Below are positions 57,779 through 64,000 of a DNA stretch of 64,000 bases, piece after piece. The notes beneath the pieces are model-generated. The model was not told the origin of the DNA, searched no databases, and saw only the letters and a program-made list of their open reading frames with translations. A program made the translations under genes and the position numbers. Positions within the stretch are counted from its first letter, which is position 1. Each line of letters begins with the position of its first letter. The stretch lies in NCBI RefSeq assembly GCF_009914755.1, contig NC_060936.1, one strand, 5' to 3'. The stretch is from the human T2T-CHM13v2.0 reference genome, Homo sapiens.

Positions 57779-58790
57779 CTCATGCATATCTTGTTCTAGA
57801 ATTATTTGTTAAACAGAAAATTTTTCCTCCACTTAATTGCTTTGCATTTTGTCTAAAGACAATTGATTGTACAGTTGTGGGTCTTTTACTGGATTATCTT
57901 CTGTTCTATCAATGATTTGTCTATCAATAGCAATACCACAGTACATTGATAGTGTAGAATATATATCTTGAAGTCAGTATAGGACCTCAATTTTGTTCTT
58001 TTTTAAAGTCGTTTAGCTATTACAGATATTTTGCATTTCTATAATATTTTTAGAATCAGCTTTCCAAATTTTACCCAAAAGGCCTGATGGAATTGTATCA
58101 AGATTGCTTTGAATGCATAGGTCAATTTGTGAATTGACATATTTTCAATACTGAGTCTTCTGGTCTATGAACATGGTATAATTTTCCATTTATTTAGGTC
58201 TTTAATTTACTTCAAAAAGTTTTGCCATTTTCATTGTACAATCTTTGCATTTCTTTTGCCCATGCATTTCTGGGTGCTTCATATTTTGGATTGTATTATA
58301 CAAAAATAATATTTTAATAAAATAATTTTCTGATTGCTCACTGCTAATGAATTTTTTGTATGTTGATTTTGTATGCTAAAACCTTGCTAAACTCACCTAT
58401 TAGTTCTACTAGACTTTTATTGATTTTATAGGATTTTCTACTCACATGATTATATATCTTCACATATAGTTTTACTTACTCTCTTCAAATCTGGATGCCT
58501 TTTATTTCTTTTTCTTGCCTTAAGGTACTGAGTAGAATCTCCAGGAAAGTATTGAGTGGAATGGGTGAGAGCAGTCATCCTCTTTTTCCTGATCTAGAGG
58601 GAGAGCATTTAGTCTTTGTATGTTAAGTATCATGTTAGCTACAGATTTATTTTAGGTGTCCTTTATCCAGTTGAGGAAATCTCATTCTATTTCCAGTGTG
58701 CTAAAAATTTGTATTAAGATTGTATGCTAAAGTTTTTTTTTAAAGTCAGAAATTTTGCATTTATTTTGCAACTATTAAAATGACTGTGTT

Positions 58791-59228
58791 TTATATGTAT
58801 ATACATATATTCCTTATATAATATCTAAGTGTGTGTATATGGGTGTGTATATATATATATATATATATATACAGACACACATATACACACACATATGTAC
58901 CCATACACACACATATAATACACCCATAATACAATAGACCCATTTGCAATATAATACACCCATATATATAAGGGTGTGTGTGTGTGTATATATATATGCA
59001 TGTGTATATGTGTGTGCAGTGTATATACATAAATATGCACACACTCATACACACCCACCCATATATATGTGTATTATATAATATACATACACCCATATAT
59101 ATGGGTGTATTATATTACATACACACACACACTCATATATATGTGTGTATATATGTGTGTGTGTATATGTAATATAACACATCCATATATATGGATGTAT
59201 ATAATTACATATACACATACACACATAT
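58791..59228. repeat. Compound (TA)n/(TG)n/(CA)n microsatellite with internal palindromes
   Basis: Read directly; perfect palindromes at 59087-59110 and 59179-59198. Confidence 0.95.
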
Positions 59229-60440
59229 TATTAAGGAATTAAATTGATTTAATATTGAGTGGTAACCCAACCATTCCTGAGATAAACTCTAATTTGTGAT
59301 GATGTATTATCCTTTTTATACGTTGTTGGAGTCTTTTGCTATCATTTTCTTAAAACTTTTCTAGGTATACTTTTGGGTACTATTTGTCTGTAGTTTTCAT
59401 TTTTTGTAACATTTTTGTTTGGTTTTGGTTTAAGAGTTAAACTAGCCTAATAATTAATTGGTAATTATTCCCTTTTTGTCAATTTTCTAGAATAACTTAG
59501 ACAGAATTTGCATCATTTATTTCTTCTTTGAATATTTGATACCATTCACCAGTAAAACAATCTGGGCATTTAGTTTTCTTGTAAAAATATTTTTAAAACT
59601 AAGTTCAATATCGTTAATAAATATATAACTCTACAAGTTATGTATTTCTTGAGTGAACTTTTTAAATTTATGTCTTTCAAGGAATTTTTTCATTTCATCT
59701 ACATTGGCAAATTTATTGGCACAGTTTTTTTATCATTATAAATTTAATACCTGTAGAATCTATAGTAGTGCCACCCCCTTCATTCCTGATATTGATAATT
59801 TATTTTTTTCCTTATCAGTCTGGGTAGAGGTTTATCAATTCTATTGATATTGTCAAATAATCAACTTTTCATTTTAATAATTTTTGTATTATTTTTATTT
59901 TTTTAGTTCATTCATGTCTGCTTTGATCTTTGTTGTTTCCTTTATTCTGATTTGTCCAGATTTTATTTTTTCTTTATTTGTTCTTAGTTTTTAAAATTTT
60001 CCTTATGCAGTCATGAATTTTTAACTTTTTTTCTTTTGTAATATAGGTGTTTAGTGCCATAAATCACCCACTAAATATTGCTTTACCTATATCCTACAAA
60101 TGTTGATGTGTGCATTTTTATTTAGTTCAAAATTTATTCTAGTTTACCTTTCAGTTGCTTATTTGGCCTACAAATATTGTGATATTTAATTTCTAAATCT
60201 TTGAGGCATTTTCTCTAATATCTTTCCCTGATTTCTTTATTAATTTCATCATGGTGAGACAATATATGTTCTATAACTTAAAATATTTCTATCATTGTGA
60301 GAATAGTTTTATGGCCTAGAATATTATTTATTGAAGTTTTACTTATTCCTTAGATCTTTGTTCAATTTCAGTAAATGTTTTACATGCATAAACTTTGTTC
60401 AATTTCAGTAACGTTTTACATATACAAATTTTTCATGTGT

Positions 60441-60658
60441 TGCTATAGTCTCAATAATTATATGTCCCTAAAATTTACATGTTGAAACCTAATCACCAAT
60501 GTGGTGGTATTAGAAGGTGGGGCCTTTGGGAGGTGATTAGGTCATGAGGGTATGATCCTCATGAATGAAATTGGTGCCCTTATAAAAGAGGCTCAAGGGT
60601 ACTGCAGGCACCTTCCACCCTATGAGGACACAGGTGTGAACTATGAACCAGAAAGTGG
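60441..60658 (+). mobile_element. MLT1A/MSTD-like LTR, 3'-truncated
   Basis: 'tgttgaaacctaatcaccaatgtggtggtattagaaggtggggcctttgggaggtgattaggtcatgaggg'. Confidence 0.88.
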
Positions 60659-60791
60659 AGTATATGTCTAATACTAATATCTTCACTCCAGCTTTCTTTT
60701 GGGTAGTACTAGCATGGCATTTTTTTAGATTATTTTGCTTTGCATCTATTATGTCTTTATATTTAAAGTAGGTGTTTTATAAGCTGCATAT

Positions 60792-61002
60792 TAAACCCTC
60801 CATCAATTAATGATGGAGATACATTCTGAGAAATACATACTTAGGTAATTTTGTCATTCCACAAACATCATAGAGTGTACTTACACAAACCTAGATGGTA
60901 TAGTCTATAACACAGCTAGGTTACATGATATAGCCTATTACTCAAATCATCATCATATATTTTGCCTGTTTTTAACCAAAATGTTATGCAGCACGTGGCT
61001 GA
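60792..61002. mobile_element. Tigger3-like DNA transposon deletion derivative
   Basis: 'gatacattctgagaaat...aacatcatagagtgtacttacacaaacctagatggtatag...gttatgcagcacgtggctg'. Confidence 0.8.
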
Positions 61003-61248
61003 AATTGGGTCTTGCAATTTTATACAACTTTATAGTCTCTGCCTCTTAATTGTGATATTTATATCATTTATATGTAATGTAATTTTTGATTTAGAAAATT
61101 TAAAACTTACTCCATTTTTTATTGAAGTTTTACTTATTCCTTTAGATCTTTGTTCATATTTTGTTTTCTTTTTTTGCCTTCTTTTATATTAAGTACTCTT
61201 TATGATTGTGGTTTTTCTTTTCTATTGGTTATTAGCTACAATTTCTGA

Positions 61249-61653
<405 letters not shown>

Positions 61654-61947
61654 CATATTACAAAACTTCTTATATAGTATAAGAACTTACTAACATTGGA
61701 CTCCTAGTGTATTGACTAGGAGTCCTAGTGTACTTCTTCCCATTCCTTGTCTCTCTGTGCTATTGTTGCCATACATTTTATAACCCCCTTGAATAATATG
61801 TTCTTGTTTTGTGCTTTAAAGAGTAAATTCTCTTTTAAAGAAACAAATAATAATAATACATTTCTTCATATTTATTCAAGTAGTTACAATTTCTGTATTA
61901 TTCATCTGTTTGTGTAGATCCAGATCTCCATCTGGTAGTATTTTTCT

Positions 61948-62087
61948 CTTTTTTTCTGTTTCTTTTTTTTTTTTAAGACAGGGTTTCACCATGTTGGCCA
62001 GGATGGTCTCGATCTCCTGACCTCGTGATCTGCCCACTTGGCCTCCCAAAGTGCTGGGATTACAGATGTTAGCCACCGTGCCCAGCC
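61948..62087 (-). mobile_element. Alu left monomer only (AluSc-like diagnostics) with tail and TSD
   Basis: 'ggccaggatggtctcgatctcctgacctcgtgatc'; TSD 'agtatttttct' at 61937-61947 and 62088-62098. Confidence 0.9.
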
Positions 62088-62591
62088 AGTATTTTTCTTC
62101 TGCTTGGAAACCTTCCTTTCGATATTTTCTTATAGTTCAGGTCTCCTAGTGTTAAATTATTTCAGCCTTTGCATGTCTAAAACTGTCTTTGTTTTACTTT
62201 TTTGTCTGTAAGTTGTTTTTTTCTGAGTTAAAAATTCTAGTTTGACAGTTTTAACCTTTCAGTACATTAAAGATATTGCTCCACTGCCTTCTGGCTTACA
62301 TTATTTCCAAAAACAAAACAAAACAAAACGAAACAAAAAAACCTCTGTTATCATTACCTTTGTCCTCTTCATAATGTCTTTTTTTCCCTGTCTTCCAAGA
62401 TTTCCTCTTTATTATTGTTATAAGCAATTTGATTATTGCATGCTTTCATGTTTTCTTCATGTTTCTTGTGCTTCTAGTAACTATACCTTTATAGCTTTCA
62501 TCAGCTTTGGGAAATCCTTAGCCATTATCTTTTCACACATTTTTTTCTCAACCCTCCCTCTTGATTCAAAACTCCAATTGGATTCAGTACT

Positions 62592-62813
62592 CCTAGTGTA
62601 TTGACTATTGTTTACAATAATCTCTTGTATATTTCAAAATAGCTCGAAGAGAATAATTTCAATATTTCTAGCATAAAGACAAATATTTAAGTTCATGGAT
62701 ATATATCCCAATTACATTGATTTGATGTTTTACAAAGTATATGAATATATTAAATTATCACATGTTCCCTGAAAAGATGTACACCTGTTATGTACAAATT
62801 AAAAAAAAAAAAG
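62592..62813 (+). mobile_element. L1MA-type 3' end with poly(A)
   Basis: 'acaataatctcttgtatatttcaaaatagctcgaagaga...tatcacatgttccctgaaa' plus A-run. Confidence 0.85.
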
Positions 62814-64000
62814 CTTAAAAGAATTTTTTTTAAAAAAGCTTAAATCTTCTTGGGCTTTGTACTGGATGCAGTTGTTACTTGCAAATTATTTAATCCTTTC
62901 AAGTCTTTATATTTTAAGCTTCATTAAATGGACCATATTACTGTTTATTCTTGGGTTAATTTCCCCCACTACTGAGCCAAGACCTTTGTTAGTGCTCTAA
63001 TTGATGCCTCATGAATTGTGGTTTTCTACTTTGGGTGTTAGGAACAGACACTATTGTCAACCTTTTGGAACTTAGGACACTCTTCTTTCTAATTCCTTTG
63101 GATAGTTATTTTTTTTCTGTATTAGCTAGCTTTTTCACATGAGTGTGCAAATCAGTACTTAATTGAAACCTTCATGGGTACCTTCTTCAGGTCCTTAGAG
63201 TTCTTTTTCTGTGCATCTCTCTTTTCTCTAGCACTCTGCCCTGAGGGCTCTAGACAACTTTGCTTCCTCAGACTTCCAGCTCCATCTCAACTCAGGGAAA
63301 GCATCAGATTCAGCCTGGATTCCCTTTCTCTACACTGTGGCCCAGAATATTTCTCCATCTAGTAATCTGGATCAATAATAATGAATTCTTTATTTCTTTT
63401 CTTCTATAAAACATCACTACTCTTTATAGAATGATGTCCAATGTCTTGAGCATCATTGTTCTATGTATGCTCTTACTATTATTATTTTTTAGTTATTTCC
63501 ATTACTGTATCTGAAACAGATGCATCCTGAACTGGAATTCTTAACTACTTCACCATACAACTTTTTTCTTCATTTACTATTTGCTAGTTTAGTAAGATAA
63601 CACTCCCCTCTTTAAAGCACCCACTACTTTGATAGAAGACAGATAAATAATTTTTTCTCAGTTGGCATTGTAACAAGTCTAACTAGACTATTCCACATTT
63701 CTATAAAACCACAGATAAGTGATAAGCCCCATGAGTCTCATGGACATCAGACTACTTTGTTTTGCGGTAAATGAAGTTCCTTGGTTGAAATGGACAAGGA
63801 CTGCCATATGCAGATTTATTAAATGGAAGTACCGGTGGGAAACAAGATCAACAAGGAAAGTAACTATAAATTTGAAATAAATGTCTATTTTAATGAAAAA
63901 ACAATAAGTAGTTTTTCCCAAGCTTAATGGTGTTTCAGAAAATATGTTTTACACTAAGAATACTCTCTTTAATGAGACCACAATAGTGGCTTTGTATTGA

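Noticed and set aside
58791-59172. Y/I/C/H-rich ORFs
   Set aside because: Translations of dinucleotide repeats.
63690-63775. Possible small exon (cag...gtaaat)
   Set aside because: Weak polypyrimidine tract and weak donor; no recognisable peptide.

Overview
AT-rich, CpG-depleted primate (human-like) genomic DNA, intronic or intergenic. I see no protein-coding exon, RNA gene, CpG island or CRISPR array. The only protein-like ORFs are decayed LINE-1 ORF2 pieces at about 45.7-48.2 kb; the rest of the ORF track is chance or Alu/L1/microsatellite-derived. The window is dense with transposon relics: L1PA, L1M, L2, MIR, Alu, ERV1 and ERVL-MaLR LTRs, and Tigger/MER DNA elements. Subfamily names are recognised from memory and are provisional. 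Two things stand out. (1) Several short local duplications copied from 0.4-1.7 kb away. The clearest is at 42661-42984: a perfect 48-bp inverted copy plus a ~215-bp copy from ~1 kb upstream, bracketed by an 11-bp direct repeat. These resemble template-switch or polymerase-theta repair scars. (2) A nested retroelement stack at 45.2-49.5 kb: an AluY inside a 5'-inverted L1PA inside an older L1PA, which creates a ~570-bp imperfect inverted repeat. I found no evidence for a new gene-level system; the findings are structural and mutational.
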